40,000 nucleotides of DNA from Flammeovirgaceae bacterium UBA4465 (lineage in GTDB: Bacteria; Bacteroidota; Bacteroidia; Cytophagales; Cyclobacteriaceae): NCBI GenBank assembly GCA_905182375.1, contig CAJJBF010000009.1, positions 5,984 to 45,983 on the forward strand, written 5' to 3'. The position numbers and the translations under genes are program-made. Within the stretch, counting starts at the first letter, position 1, and each line of letters opens with the position of its first letter. Under the pieces are notes generated by a model. It ran no database searches, had not been told where the DNA came from, and was given only the letters and a program-made list of their open reading frames with translations. This document shows positions 29,244-40,000 of this stretch, in pieces.

Positions 29244-30209
29244 ATGAATCTCGCTATTATTGACATGGGAACCAATACCTTTCACCTCTTATTGGTGAAG
29301 GTAGAAAATGAAACTTTTGAGATCTTTCATAAAGAAAAGGTTGCTGTGAGAATTGGTGCCAACGGCATTAATCAAGGAATCATCAACGAAGCAGCCATTG
29401 AACGCTGCATTTCTGCGTTGAAGTCTTTCAAAAAACAAATTGATACAGCCAATATTCATGAGATTCATGCAATTGCAACCAGTGCGGTTAGAAATGCTAA
29501 AAATCAACAATTTCTTATCCAGAGAATCAAAGAAGAAGTAGGTATTGAACCCCGTGTCATTTCAGGGATGGAAGAAGCCGCTTATATCCACTATGGAGTA
29601 TGCAAAGCGCTAAATATAGGTGCCGATGTATGTTTGATTATGGATATCGGTGGGGGAAGTATTGAGTTCATTATTACCAAGGGAACTCAACCCCTTTGGA
29701 TGAAAAGCTTTGAAATAGGGGGCCAAAGGATGATGGAAAAATTTCATGGAAATGACCCCATCACTTCTACTGAAATTTCGGCTATCGAAAACTATCTAGA
29801 AATAAATCTTCACCCTCTATTTGAGGCCTGTGAGATGTACGGCCCTAAAACGCTGATTGGATCATCCGGAACCTTTGATACTTTAAGTGAAATTCATCAA
29901 AAGAAAATGAATAAATATGCCCAAGAACGTGCGACGGAACTTCCCATTTCTCAAAACGGTATGATCCAAATCTTCCATGAACTCATCTCAAAAAACAAAC
30001 TAGAACGCTTATTGATTCCTGGAATGATTGAACTCAGGGTGGACATGATCGTAGTAGCCTCGATACTTATCCAGTTCATCCTCAAAAAAACGGGATTGGA
30101 AACCACTCGTATTTCCTCTTATGCGCTGAAAGAAGGGGTATTGCTCCAAACCATTACATCCCTTAAAATTCAAACAAAACCCGTCTCGAAAATATTGAAA
30201 TATGACTAA
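29244..30209 (+). CDS. Ppx/GppA family phosphatase (exopolyphosphatase-like)
   Basis: 321 aa. The ASKHA-fold motifs AIIDMGTNTFHLL, ATSAVRNAKN, DIGGGSIEF and GSSGTF are present. It appears intact. Confidence 0.8.
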   Translation: MNLAIIDMGTNTFHLLLVKVENETFEIFHKEKVAVRIGANGINQGIINEAAIERCISALKSFKKQIDTANIHEIHAIATSAVRNAKNQQFLIQRIKEEVGIEPRVISGMEEAAYIHYGVCKALNIGADVCLIMDIGGGSIEFIITKGTQPLWMKSFEIGGQRMMEKFHGNDPITSTEISAIENYLEINLHPLFEACEMYGPKTLIGSSGTFDTLSEIHQKKMNKYAQERATELPISQNGMIQIFHELISKNKLERLLIPGMIELRVDMIVVASILIQFILKKTGLETTRISSYALKEGVLLQTITSLKIQTKPVSKILKYD

Positions 30210-31277
30210 ATATTCTTTTGATCGGCTTCACCAGTTTGCTGTAAATTTATTCATAAAAATTGGCTGCCCCAATGACCAAGCCATTGAAGCAGCCAATGTA
30301 CTATTAAGCGCTGATTTAAGAGGAGTAGACTCCCACGGTGTCGCTAGATTGAGTGGGCTACCTCCGGCTGTATGAAAAAAATAGAATCAATTCTCACCCA
30401 CAACTCAGTGTGGTCCATGAGACACCCAGTACCGCTGTAGTAGATGGTGATGCTGGACTTGGACTTGTTGCGGGTCCTTATGCCATGCGGTTGGCCATAG
30501 AAAAAGCCAAAAATGTAGGAACAGGTTGGGTTGCCGTCAAAAACTCAAATCACTACGGTATTGCAGGCTATCATGCCATGATGGCATTGGAAGCAGATTG
30601 CATTGGTATCTCGATGACCAATGCGAGCCCTCTCGTAGCGCCTACCTACTCCAAAGAGCGCCTTTTAGGGACCAATCCTATCGCGGTTGCTGTTCCGGCT
30701 GGAGACGAGCCCCCATTTGTCGCTGATATGGCTACTACAACAGCAGCCAATGGTAAACTTGAGATACTTCAAAGGAAAAATGAATCCGCGCCATTGGGTT
30801 GGCTACAAGATAAAGAGGGTCAACCCACCCAAGCAGCTCAAGGTATTGTTGAGGGCGGGGCCTTATTACCCCTGGGTGGAGATAGAGAACATGGATCTCA
30901 CAAAGGATTCATATTGGGAAGTATTGTAGATATCTTATCTGCAGTACTTTCTGGTGCAAATTATGGACCTTGGGTACCTCCTTTTGTTTCTTTTTTAGAT
31001 CCTGATCCCAATCCAGTAGGAGAAGGAATTGGTCATTTTTTCGGTGCGCTAAGAATTGATGCCTTCAGACCTGCCTCCGAATTCAAAACACCACATGGAC
31101 ATATGGATTAAACGATTTAGAAATGCAGAAACCATAAATGAAACGAATAAAGTCATTATTCCTGGAGACCCGGAGCGACAGATAGAGCAGTTGAGAAGAA
31201 AAGAGGGGATTCCACTACTGGACACTGTAGTGAAGGATTTACAATCGCTCTCAGAGCAATATCAAGTCAAGTTTTAA
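30202..31277 (+). pseudogene. Ldh_2 family (malate/L-lactate/L-sulfolactate type) dehydrogenase, 2 frameshifts
   Basis: Three consecutive frames give MTKYSFDRL..ADLRGVDSHGVARLSG | YLRLYEKNRIN..SNHYGIAGYHAMMA..GTNPIAVAVPAG..HKGF.. | HHMDIWIKRFRNAE..IPGDPERQ... The breaks are at G3 (30355-30357) and A4 (31085-31088). The ATG (30202) overlaps the ppx stop by 8 nt. Confidence 0.7.
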
Positions 31278-31777
31278 AAGCCAAACCCAAAGCCTGCCTC
31301 TAAAATCCATGGACTTGAATAGGCTCCATTGGTCTCAGTGACGTCGTACAATAAGTCATATTGCCCAATCATGTACAAGGAGGCAAACTTAGAGATAGGT
31401 ACTATGTAGCCTAATCCCACCGGAAGATTGTAAAAACCCTCTCGCTTATTTATAAAGTCTACAGATAAATATTCTAATTTGGCCGATCCAAATATTTGTG
31501 GGGTAATACTGTACCTGGCAAAGATGTTGCCTCCATAATTATTTATTTTTAGATCCAAGATTTTATCTCGCCAAAATTGATAATTTAAACCTAAACCTGC
31601 CGACCAACGCTCGGTCAATTTATAACCCGCATAAGGCGTTAAACTAAATGAGAAGACATTTTGATTAAAATCGAGACCAAAGCCTCCGCCAAAATACATT
31701 TTATCAAAAATATTCTCTGATTGTGCTGAGACGATCTGAGACAGGGCCATCATTAAAATGCAGATCCAAATTTTCAT
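31274..31777 (-). CDS. small outer-membrane beta-barrel protein
   Basis: 167 aa. It has a signal peptide (..ALSQIVSAQ), alternating aromatic/glycine beta-strand patterning and a C-terminal ..GFGFGF. Confidence 0.55.
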   Translation of the reverse strand: MKIWICILMMALSQIVSAQSENIFDKMYFGGGFGLDFNQNVFSFSLTPYAGYKLTERWSAGLGLNYQFWRDKILDLKINNYGGNIFARYSITPQIFGSAKLEYLSVDFINKREGFYNLPVGLGYIVPISKFASLYMIGQYDLLYDVTETNGAYSSPWILEAGFGFGF

Positions 31778-31805
31778 GAAATAATAAACTCGGGTTTTAC
31801 TTTAC

Positions 31806-32117
31806 CTACTCGTCTGTTGATTCTGGAACCATGACATATACATCTTCTCCTTCAGCTCTCATATAATACTTTTCTCTAGCAATGCGCTCCAACAAATCTT
31901 GGTTGCTAAATAACGCTTCACGATCAGCCTTTACGGTCTCAATTTGTTTTTGATAATAGAATTGCGTCTGTTGTAAATCTGCTTCTTTTTTTCTTAGGGA
32001 CAGTTGGGTCAAAATATCATTTGAATCAAATATCATTAACCAAACTATGAAAAATACGGTCCCCAAAACATACATGTTTTTAAATATTGGGGGAATCTGC
32101 TCTATCAAACTTTTCAT
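31806..32117 (-). CDS. septum formation initiator (FtsB/DivIC-like) protein
   Basis: A single TM segment plus a coiled coil, and the C-terminal IAREKYYM..GEDV motif. It lies immediately downstream of eno, as in many Bacteroidota. I chose the start at the internal ATG 32115-32117 (MKSLIEQ..) rather than the longer track ORF. Confidence 0.65.
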   Translation of the reverse strand: MKSLIEQIPPIFKNMYVLGTVFFIVWLMIFDSNDILTQLSLRKKEADLQQTQFYYQKQIETVKADREALFSNQDLLERIAREKYYMRAEGEDVYVMVPESTDE

Positions 32118-32249
32118 ATTCAAGCTAAAGATAAAAAAAATGTACGGGAATGAAGATGAGAAGTGTGTATTTCGTTGATCTTGAGATAAAATCAATGGAA
32201 TAAGTTCTTAAAAGAAAGGTTGACCTATCATCCCATTACAAAAAGGACA

Positions 32250-32281
32250 TAAAAAAACCGGGTACTACCCGGTTTTTTTTC
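32250..32281 (-). terminator. rho-independent terminator after eno (symmetrical, potentially bidirectional)
   Basis: aaaaaaACCGGGTAcTACCCGGTtttttttt: a perfect 8-9 bp GC-rich stem (32256-32264 / 32266-32274) flanked by an A-run and a T-run, 16 nt after the eno stop. Confidence 0.65.
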
Positions 32282-32296
32282 TTAATCAAATTGTTC

Positions 32297-34674
<2,378 letters not shown>

Positions 34675-34746
34675 AGACGTTATGATTTGTATAGAAAATT
34701 TAATACTAACTAATGACACAAAAATAACAGAAATGCTGACCTAAGC

Positions 34747-34780
34747 ACAAAAAAAAAGGACTGAGAAACCCCAATCCTTT
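34747..34780 (-). terminator. rho-independent terminator after rplQ
   Basis: The minus strand reads AAAGGAUUGGGGUUUCUCAGUCCUUU followed by a U-run of 7 or more, starting 17 nt after the rplQ stop. Confidence 0.5.
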
Positions 34781-34797
34781 AATTATTTTTGAAAAAT

Positions 34798-35352
34798 TTA
34801 ATCTTTTATCTCCTCCTCTTCATCAGAAACTTCCTTCTTTGGGTCAGCAGCTTCAATCGTTTCATCTTTTACCTCCGTTTCAGAGGCCACCACTTCGGCT
34901 TCTTCGACTACTGCAGTATCGGATGATGCAGACTTAGATTTACTCCTTCTTGATCGCTTAGCCGCTTTTGGCTTTGATTCTTGGAGCAATAATTCATTGT
35001 AATCAACCAGTTCCATCACGCACATCTCGGCATTATCACCTAATCTACTACCCGTCTTTAAAATTCTAGTATATCCACCGGGTCTATTGGCTACTTTTTC
35101 CGCAACAGCTCCAAAAAGTTCAATAATAGATTCTTTATTCTGCAAATATTGAAAAACTACCCTTCTTGAATTTGTTGAATTTTCTTTAGCCTTGGTGATC
35201 AAAGGTTCGACGTACTTTCTCAAAGCCTTGGCCTTTGCTACTGTCGTATTTATTCTTTTATATTTAATCAACGACGAGGCCATATTCGATAGCATCGCTT
35301 TTCGGTGAGACGTTGTTCTGCCTAAATGATTGAATTTTTTTCCGTGTCTCAT
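34798..35352 (-). CDS. rplQ: 50S ribosomal protein L17 with a charged low-complexity C-terminal tail
   Basis: [25 protein letters not shown]... is canonical L17. About 55 extra Lys/Glu/Ser-rich residues follow. Confidence 0.9.
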   Translation of the reverse strand: MRHGKKFNHLGRTTSHRKAMLSNMASSLIKYKRINTTVAKAKALRKYVEPLITKAKENSTNSRRVVFQYLQNKESIIELFGAVAEKVANRPGGYTRILKTGSRLGDNAEMCVMELVDYNELLLQESKPKAAKRSRRSKSKSASSDTAVVEEAEVVASETEVKDETIEAADPKKEVSDEEEEIKD

Positions 35353-36338
35353 TCTTCTTCTAGTTTGTATTTTGCCAAGTCCATTCCAAAAGTTAGACCC
35401 TTTTCAACGACCAATTGCTCTAATTCCGCTAGAGACTTCTTTCCAAAGTTTCTGAATTTCATCATTTCTGATATTTCAAGATTGACCAGGTCTCCAAGTG
35501 AGCGCACTTCAGCTGCTTTGAGGCAATTATATGCCCGCACAGATAAATCGAGATCATTAAGAGATGTTTTCAACAACTTTCGCATGTGAAGCAATTCTTC
35601 ATCCACTTGCTCAGGCTCTCCCTTAGTAGCCGTGTCTAAAATCATACTTTGATCTGAGAACAACATGAAATGCTGTATTAAGATGTTAGCCGCACCTTTC
35701 AATGCATTTTCTGGATGAATAGATCCATCAGTTTCTATATCCAGCACGAGTTGTTCGTAATCCGTTTTTTGCTCAACTCGCGTATTTTCTACACTATACT
35801 TGACATTTTTTATGGGAGTAAAAATAGAATCAATGGCAATAGCGCCAAAATCTTGCTCCTCACGCTTGTTTTCCTCAGCAGGCACGTAACCTCTCCCTTT
35901 TTCAACAGTCAGTTCTAATTCAAATTTGGCCGAGCTATCCAATTTACATACGATATGGTCTGGATTCAACACTTCATATGAAGCGGTAGACATTCCAATA
36001 TCAGCACCAGTCAATTTCTCCTTCCCCGAAACTTTCACTGTAATTTTATCGTCATCAACTCCCGCAATTTTTTTGAAGCGCACCATTTTAAGATTTAAAA
36101 TAAGTTCACTTACGTCTTCGACCATCCCTTGAATGGTTGAAAATTCATGAAGTACGCCAGGCACTCTTATTTCAGTGATGGCATAGCCCTCCAAGGAAGA
36201 TAATAAAATTCTTCGAAGTGCGTTACCTACCGTAACGCCATAACCTTTTTCTAGGGGCTTAAATGTGAAGAGACCATGAAAATCATCTGCCTTCTCCATT
36301 ACCACTTTATCGGGCATTTGAAATGCTAAAATCGACAT
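35349..36338 (-). CDS. rpoA: DNA-directed RNA polymerase subunit alpha
   Basis: 329 aa. [11 protein letters not shown], and a C-terminal domain with [10 protein letters not shown]...NFGKKSL. Confidence 0.95.
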   Translation of the reverse strand: MSILAFQMPDKVVMEKADDFHGLFTFKPLEKGYGVTVGNALRRILLSSLEGYAITEIRVPGVLHEFSTIQGMVEDVSELILNLKMVRFKKIAGVDDDKITVKVSGKEKLTGADIGMSTASYEVLNPDHIVCKLDSSAKFELELTVEKGRGYVPAEENKREEQDFGAIAIDSIFTPIKNVKYSVENTRVEQKTDYEQLVLDIETDGSIHPENALKGAANILIQHFMLFSDQSMILDTATKGEPEQVDEELLHMRKLLKTSLNDLDLSVRAYNCLKAAEVRSLGDLVNLEISEMMKFRNFGKKSLAELEQLVVEKGLTFGMDLAKYKLEEE

Positions 36339-36367
36339 ATCGTTATTTTTAACTTTTAGTAAATCAA

Positions 36368-36973
36368 TTATTTTGAGTACAGCTCAACAATAAGCTGCTC
36401 CTTAATATTTTCAGGTATCTCTTCTCTCTCGGGAAGATTTAAAAATTTACCTGAATAATCTGTACTATTCCATTCCAACCATGAAAACGTCTTGGTTGCT
36501 GTCGATGCGAGACTGTTTGAAATCAACTCTAAAGATTTAGAACGTTCTCGAACTGATACAATATCATTGTTTCTCAAAGTATACGAAGGGATATTAACAA
36601 TACCTCCGTTCACCATGATATGTTTGTGCAGTACCAATTGTCGAGCCGCTCGTCGTGTCGATGCAATACCAAGTCTATAAATAGTATTATCTAATCTCGC
36701 CTCAAGTAATTGGAGTAAAATCTCACCTGTGATCCCACTTTTGCGGGATGCTTTGTTGAAGACATTAGCAAACTGCTTTTCGAGCAGACCATAAGTATAT
36801 TTCGCCTTCTGCTTTTCAGCAAGCTGGATTGCAAATTCCGAAAGCTTCTTTCTTCTGCCCTTTCCATGTTGACCCGGAGGGTATGCTTTATTCTGCAATG
36901 CCTTACTTGGACCAAAAATGGGTTCTCCAAATTTTCTTGCTATCTTGGACTTAGGGCCTCTGTATCTAGCCAT
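36368..36973 (-). CDS. rpsD: 30S ribosomal protein S4
   Basis: [21 protein letters not shown]... and the S4 RNA-binding domain. Confidence 0.95.
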   Translation of the reverse strand: MARYRGPKSKIARKFGEPIFGPSKALQNKAYPPGQHGKGRRKKLSEFAIQLAEKQKAKYTYGLLEKQFANVFNKASRKSGITGEILLQLLEARLDNTIYRLGIASTRRAARQLVLHKHIMVNGGIVNIPSYTLRNNDIVSVRERSKSLELISNSLASTATKTFSWLEWNSTDYSGKFLNLPEREEIPENIKEQLIVELYSK

Positions 36974-36997
36974 ATCTACTTCGTATTTTAGACTTAA

Positions 36998-37390
36998 TTA
37001 AACTCTTCTTCTTTTCGGTGGCCTACATCCATTATGAGGAAGTGGCGTCACATCTCTAATTGCAGTAACTTCGATTCCGGTATTTTGAATCGCCCTAATT
37101 GCAGATTCTCTACCCGCTCCTGGCCCTTTGACAAAGACTTCCACTTTTCTCAGACCCATTTCATGAGCTTTCTGAGCACAGTCTGCCGCCGCCACCTGGC
37201 CTGCATATGGCGTGTTCTTTTTTGAACCTCTGAAACCCATTTTGCCTGCAGACGCCCAAGAGACCACTTGCCCTTGCGTGTTGGTTAAGGAAATAATGAT
37301 ATTATTAAATGTTGCCTGAATATGGGCCTCACCGACAGCTTCTACAACAACTACCCTTTTCTTTGCCTTATCTTTTCTTTTTTGTGCCAT
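36998..37390 (-). CDS. rpsK: 30S ribosomal protein S11
   Basis: ..[35 protein letters not shown]. Confidence 0.95.
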   Translation of the reverse strand: MAQKRKDKAKKRVVVVEAVGEAHIQATFNNIIISLTNTQGQVVSWASAGKMGFRGSKKNTPYAGQVAAADCAQKAHEMGLRKVEVFVKGPGAGRESAIRAIQNTGIEVTAIRDVTPLPHNGCRPPKRRRV

Positions 37391-37399
37391 TTCGCTATT

Positions 37400-37777
37400 T
37401 TACTTGACCGCTTTCTTTTTGTTAGCTACTGTTTTACGCTTTCCTTTTCTGGTTCGCGCATTGTTTTTAGTTCTTTGCCCTCTCAGAGGTAAGCCCTTAC
37501 GATGTCTAAGGCCCCTGTAACAACCTATGTCCATCAATCTTTTTATACTTAACTGTATTTCTGACTTAAGCACACCTTCAACCTTAATGGTCTCAGTAAT
37601 AATGGCTCTGATCTTAACTTGATCCTCATCGCTCCAGTCTTTTACCTTTGTGTTTACATCGACACCGGCCTCTAATAAGATTTTTCTCGCTCTATTTATT
37701 CCGATCCCAAATATGTATGTGAGTCCTACCTCACCTCTCTTTACATCTGGAATATCTACTCCTGCTATTCTGGCCAT
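37400..37777 (-). CDS. rpsM: 30S ribosomal protein S13
   Basis: [10 protein letters not shown]...[26 protein letters not shown]. Confidence 0.95.
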   Translation of the reverse strand: MARIAGVDIPDVKRGEVGLTYIFGIGINRARKILLEAGVDVNTKVKDWSDEDQVKIRAIITETIKVEGVLKSEIQLSIKRLMDIGCYRGLRHRKGLPLRGQRTKNNARTRKGKRKTVANKKKAVK

Positions 37778-37778
37778 A

Positions 37779-37895
37779 TTAACCTTGTCTTTGTTTAAAC
37801 TTCGGGTTCTTTTTATTGATCACATAGAGCTTTCCTTTTCTACGGATTACTTTGCAATCGACACTTCGCTTTTTTACTGATGCTCTAACTTTCAT
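37779..37895 (-). CDS. rpmJ: 50S ribosomal protein L36
   Basis: This is not in the ORF track because it is only 38 aa. Hand translation gives [38 protein letters not shown]. It sits in the canonical position between infA and rpsM. Confidence 0.85.
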   Translation of the reverse strand: MKVRASVKKRSVDCKVIRRKGKLYVINKKNPKFKQRQG

Positions 37896-37900
37896 CTTAA

Positions 37901-38119
37901 CTATTTATACCGATAAACGATTCTACCTTTAGAGAGATCGTACGGAGACATTTCCATCTTCACACGATCTCCTGGTAATATTTTAATATAAAACATTCTC
38001 ATTTTTCCTGAGATATGAGCGATTACTTCATGCCCATTCTCAAGCTCCACGCGAAACATAGCATTAGAGAGTGCTTCTACTATGGTCCCGTCTTGTTCTA
38101 TGGATGCTTGCTTTGCCAT
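37901..38119 (-). CDS. infA: translation initiation factor IF-1
   Basis: 72 aa. ..[56 protein letters not shown]. Confidence 0.95.
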   Translation of the reverse strand: MAKQASIEQDGTIVEALSNAMFRVELENGHEVIAHISGKMRMFYIKILPGDRVKMEMSPYDLSKGRIVYRYK

Positions 38120-39435
38120 TATGCCGTTCCTGTGTTTTGAGATCTACCTCTAACTCGACCTGACTTCATCATTCCTTCATAATGACGCATCAATAAGTAA
38201 CTTTCGATTTGCTGTAGCGTGTCTAGAATAACACCTACCATGATGAGTAATGATGTACCTCCATAAAACTGGGCAAAGCCTCTACTCACACCACCTAAAA
38301 TGGCAAAAGCCGGCAAAATGGCTATGATGGCTAAAAATACAGATCCTGGCAACGTGATTCGAGACAAAACACCATCAATGAATTCTGATGTCTGCTTACC
38401 CGGTTTAATTCCAGGTATGAATCCTCCATTCCTTTTCATATCGTCAGATATTTGCGTAGGATTAATCGTAATAGCTGTGTAAAAAAAGGTGAAAACTATG
38501 ATCAAAATGGCAAACAACAGGCTGTACTGCCAAGATTCCACCCTCGAAAAGGTCGCGACTACCCATTGGGCCGTATCACTATTTTCGGCCCAAATTCCAC
38601 CAATCATGGCAGGTAAAAACATTAAAGACTGCGCGAAAATGATTGGCATAACACCCGAACTATTCACCTTCAATGGTATGTATTGTCGTTGACCTCCATA
38701 CACTTTATTACCAACGACTTGCTTGGCATATTGAACCGGAATTCTCCTTATGGCCTGAACTAAGGCTACTGTCGCCATCACTACAAAGAATAACGCTATC
38801 ATCTCGATAAAAAAGAATAACATTTGACTCATCCCACGTGACATAGCTTCGGCTACAATGCTTGCAGGAAACCTTGAAATAATACCGATCATGATAAGCA
38901 TCGAAATACCATTTCCTATACCCTTATCAGTTATTTTTTCACCTAACCACATACAAAAAACAGTACCTGCAGTTAGCATGATCATGGAAGATATTCGAAA
39001 GAAAAATCCATTTAACACAATGGCATCTGCCGAAATAGTAGTTAAATAAGCTGCAGATTGAGCCATGCATATGAACAACGTTAATACTCTTGTAATTTGG
39101 CTGATTTTTTTTCGACCACTATCCCCCTCCTTTTGTAATTTCTGAAAATAAGGAACTGCAACAGTAAGCAACTGCAACACAATCGATGCAGAAATATAGG
39201 GCATGATACCCAGACCAAAGATGGACGCGTTACTGAAAGCGCCACCCAAAAAAGTATCAAGTAGACCAAATATACCTCCTGCATTGTCCACTAGCTTGGA
39301 TGGATCTATTCCTGGTAAGGTAATGAAAGATCCTAATCTAAAAATAATAAGAAAACCGAGCGTATTAAGTATTCGCGTTCGAAGTTCTTCGATTGAAAAT
39401 ATATTTGATATGGTACTGAAGAATTTTTTCATCAA
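38119..39435 (-). CDS. secY: preprotein translocase subunit SecY
   Basis: 438 aa polytopic protein with [20 protein letters not shown] and TSLLI(M)VGV motifs. The start may be the second Met (39432). Confidence 0.95.
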   Translation of the reverse strand: MMKKFFSTISNIFSIEELRTRILNTLGFLIIFRLGSFITLPGIDPSKLVDNAGGIFGLLDTFLGGAFSNASIFGLGIMPYISASIVLQLLTVAVPYFQKLQKEGDSGRKKISQITRVLTLFICMAQSAAYLTTISADAIVLNGFFFRISSMIMLTAGTVFCMWLGEKITDKGIGNGISMLIMIGIISRFPASIVAEAMSRGMSQMLFFFIEMIALFFVVMATVALVQAIRRIPVQYAKQVVGNKVYGGQRQYIPLKVNSSGVMPIIFAQSLMFLPAMIGGIWAENSDTAQWVVATFSRVESWQYSLLFAILIIVFTFFYTAITINPTQISDDMKRNGGFIPGIKPGKQTSEFIDGVLSRITLPGSVFLAIIAILPAFAILGGVSRGFAQFYGGTSLLIMVGVILDTLQQIESYLLMRHYEGMMKSGRVRGRSQNTGTA

Positions 39436-39881
39436 CCTATAACTGTTGCGGTTCCTCCTGCTGCCTCAATGGCCTCTATTGCAGCCTTTGAAAACTTATG
39501 AACTGTGACCGAAATCTTCGTCTTTATTTCTCCTCTACTTAATACTTTAACCACATCTTTTTTCCCTATCAAACCATTTTGGATCAGGACCTCTACAGTG
39601 ATTTCTTTGAGTTTCTTACTCGTTGCTAGTAATTCGAGCGTATCTAAATTTACCGCCTTTGAGGCAATTCTATTATTGTTCTTGAAGCCAAACTTAGGTA
39701 TTCTTCTCTGTAAGGGCATTTGTCCGCCCTCAAACCCAATTTTTCGTGAATAACCCGCACGAGACTGAGCTCCATTATGACCTTTGGTCGAAGTACCTCC
39801 CCTTCCGGATCCTTGACCTCTACCAATGATTTTTCTCTTCTTGATCGATCCTGCTGCAGGTTTTAATGATTCTAATTTCAT
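39432..39881 (-). CDS. rplO: 50S ribosomal protein L15
   Basis: ..GRGQGSGRGGTSTKGHNGAQSRAG.. and its position upstream of secY. Confidence 0.95.
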   Translation of the reverse strand: MKLESLKPAAGSIKKRKIIGRGQGSGRGGTSTKGHNGAQSRAGYSRKIGFEGGQMPLQRRIPKFGFKNNNRIASKAVNLDTLELLATSKKLKEITVEVLIQNGLIGKKDVVKVLSRGEIKTKISVTVHKFSKAAIEAIEAAGGTATVIG

Positions 39882-39882
39882 C

Positions 39883-40000
39883 TTAAACTTCTTTTACGTC
39901 TATTAGGTGTCTCACTTTATTGATCATTCCGGCAATTTGTGGAGTTAACTCCTTTTCAACCGTTCTATTGAGCTTACCTAGACCTAGTGCTTGAATGGTC
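39883..40000 (-). CDS. rpmD: 50S ribosomal protein L30, 5' end truncated by the window edge
   Basis: Hand translation of the minus strand gives ..[38 protein letters not shown] (stop at 39883-39885). It sits in the canonical position upstream of rplO. Confidence 0.75.
   Translation of the reverse strand, partial: TIQALGLGKLNRTVEKELTPQIAGMINKVRHLIDVKEV

Noticed and set aside
34798-34965. Charged Lys/Glu/Ser-rich tail on ribosomal protein L17 as a possible fused gene
   Set aside because: It is a continuous frame with no second start or domain signature. Low-complexity tails on ribosomal proteins are common, so it is noted only in the feature description.
35326-39753. Numerous 60-90 aa ORFs overlapping ribosomal protein, rpoA and secY genes (for example 36691..36930, 37650..37880, 39081..39284, 39505..39753)
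   Set aside because: They are alternative-frame or antisense ORFs within highly conserved, unambiguous genes.

Overview
This is an AT-rich chromosomal window from a Bacteroidota-type bacterium. Supporting evidence: a T9SS C-terminal sorting domain, a Bacteroidota-style LptD-like gene, rplQ-carA-eno-ftsB synteny, TAnnTTTG -7 boxes and no obvious Shine-Dalgarno sequences. Most of the window is ordinary, densely packed housekeeping DNA. This includes folB, divIVA-like, mlaD, an amidase, fhs, lysS, proline dehydrogenase, aroB, aroA, eno and carA. It also includes the 3' part of the ribosomal spc/alpha cluster (rpmD' to rplO, secY, infA, rpmJ, rpsM, rpsK, rpsD, rpoA, rplQ). The unusual part is about 23.1-31.3 kb. 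There, four genes carry at least nine frame breaks by hand translation: an SDR, a T9SS-secreted PAP2/vanadium-haloperoxidase-like gene, an acyl-CoA carboxyltransferase beta subunit and an Ldh_2-family dehydrogenase. Nearly all breaks can be explained by a one-base length change in or beside a short mononucleotide run. A 55-bp copy of the carboxyltransferase 3' end (49/55 identical, differences mostly synonymous) lies 3.5 kb downstream of the real 3' end. The two copies bracket the haloperoxidase-like pseudogene, a truncated DUF285/BspA-like remnant and about 1.3 kb of decayed non-coding DNA. Outside that block, an LptD-like gene is frameshifted at an A6/G3 run, and an M42 peptidase is fused in frame to TtcA with no stop codon between them. 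I found no tRNA, rRNA, CRISPR array, transposase or integrase, and no clear novel multi-gene system. The erosion pattern could be either real decay or assembly error, and I cannot tell which from sequence alone.
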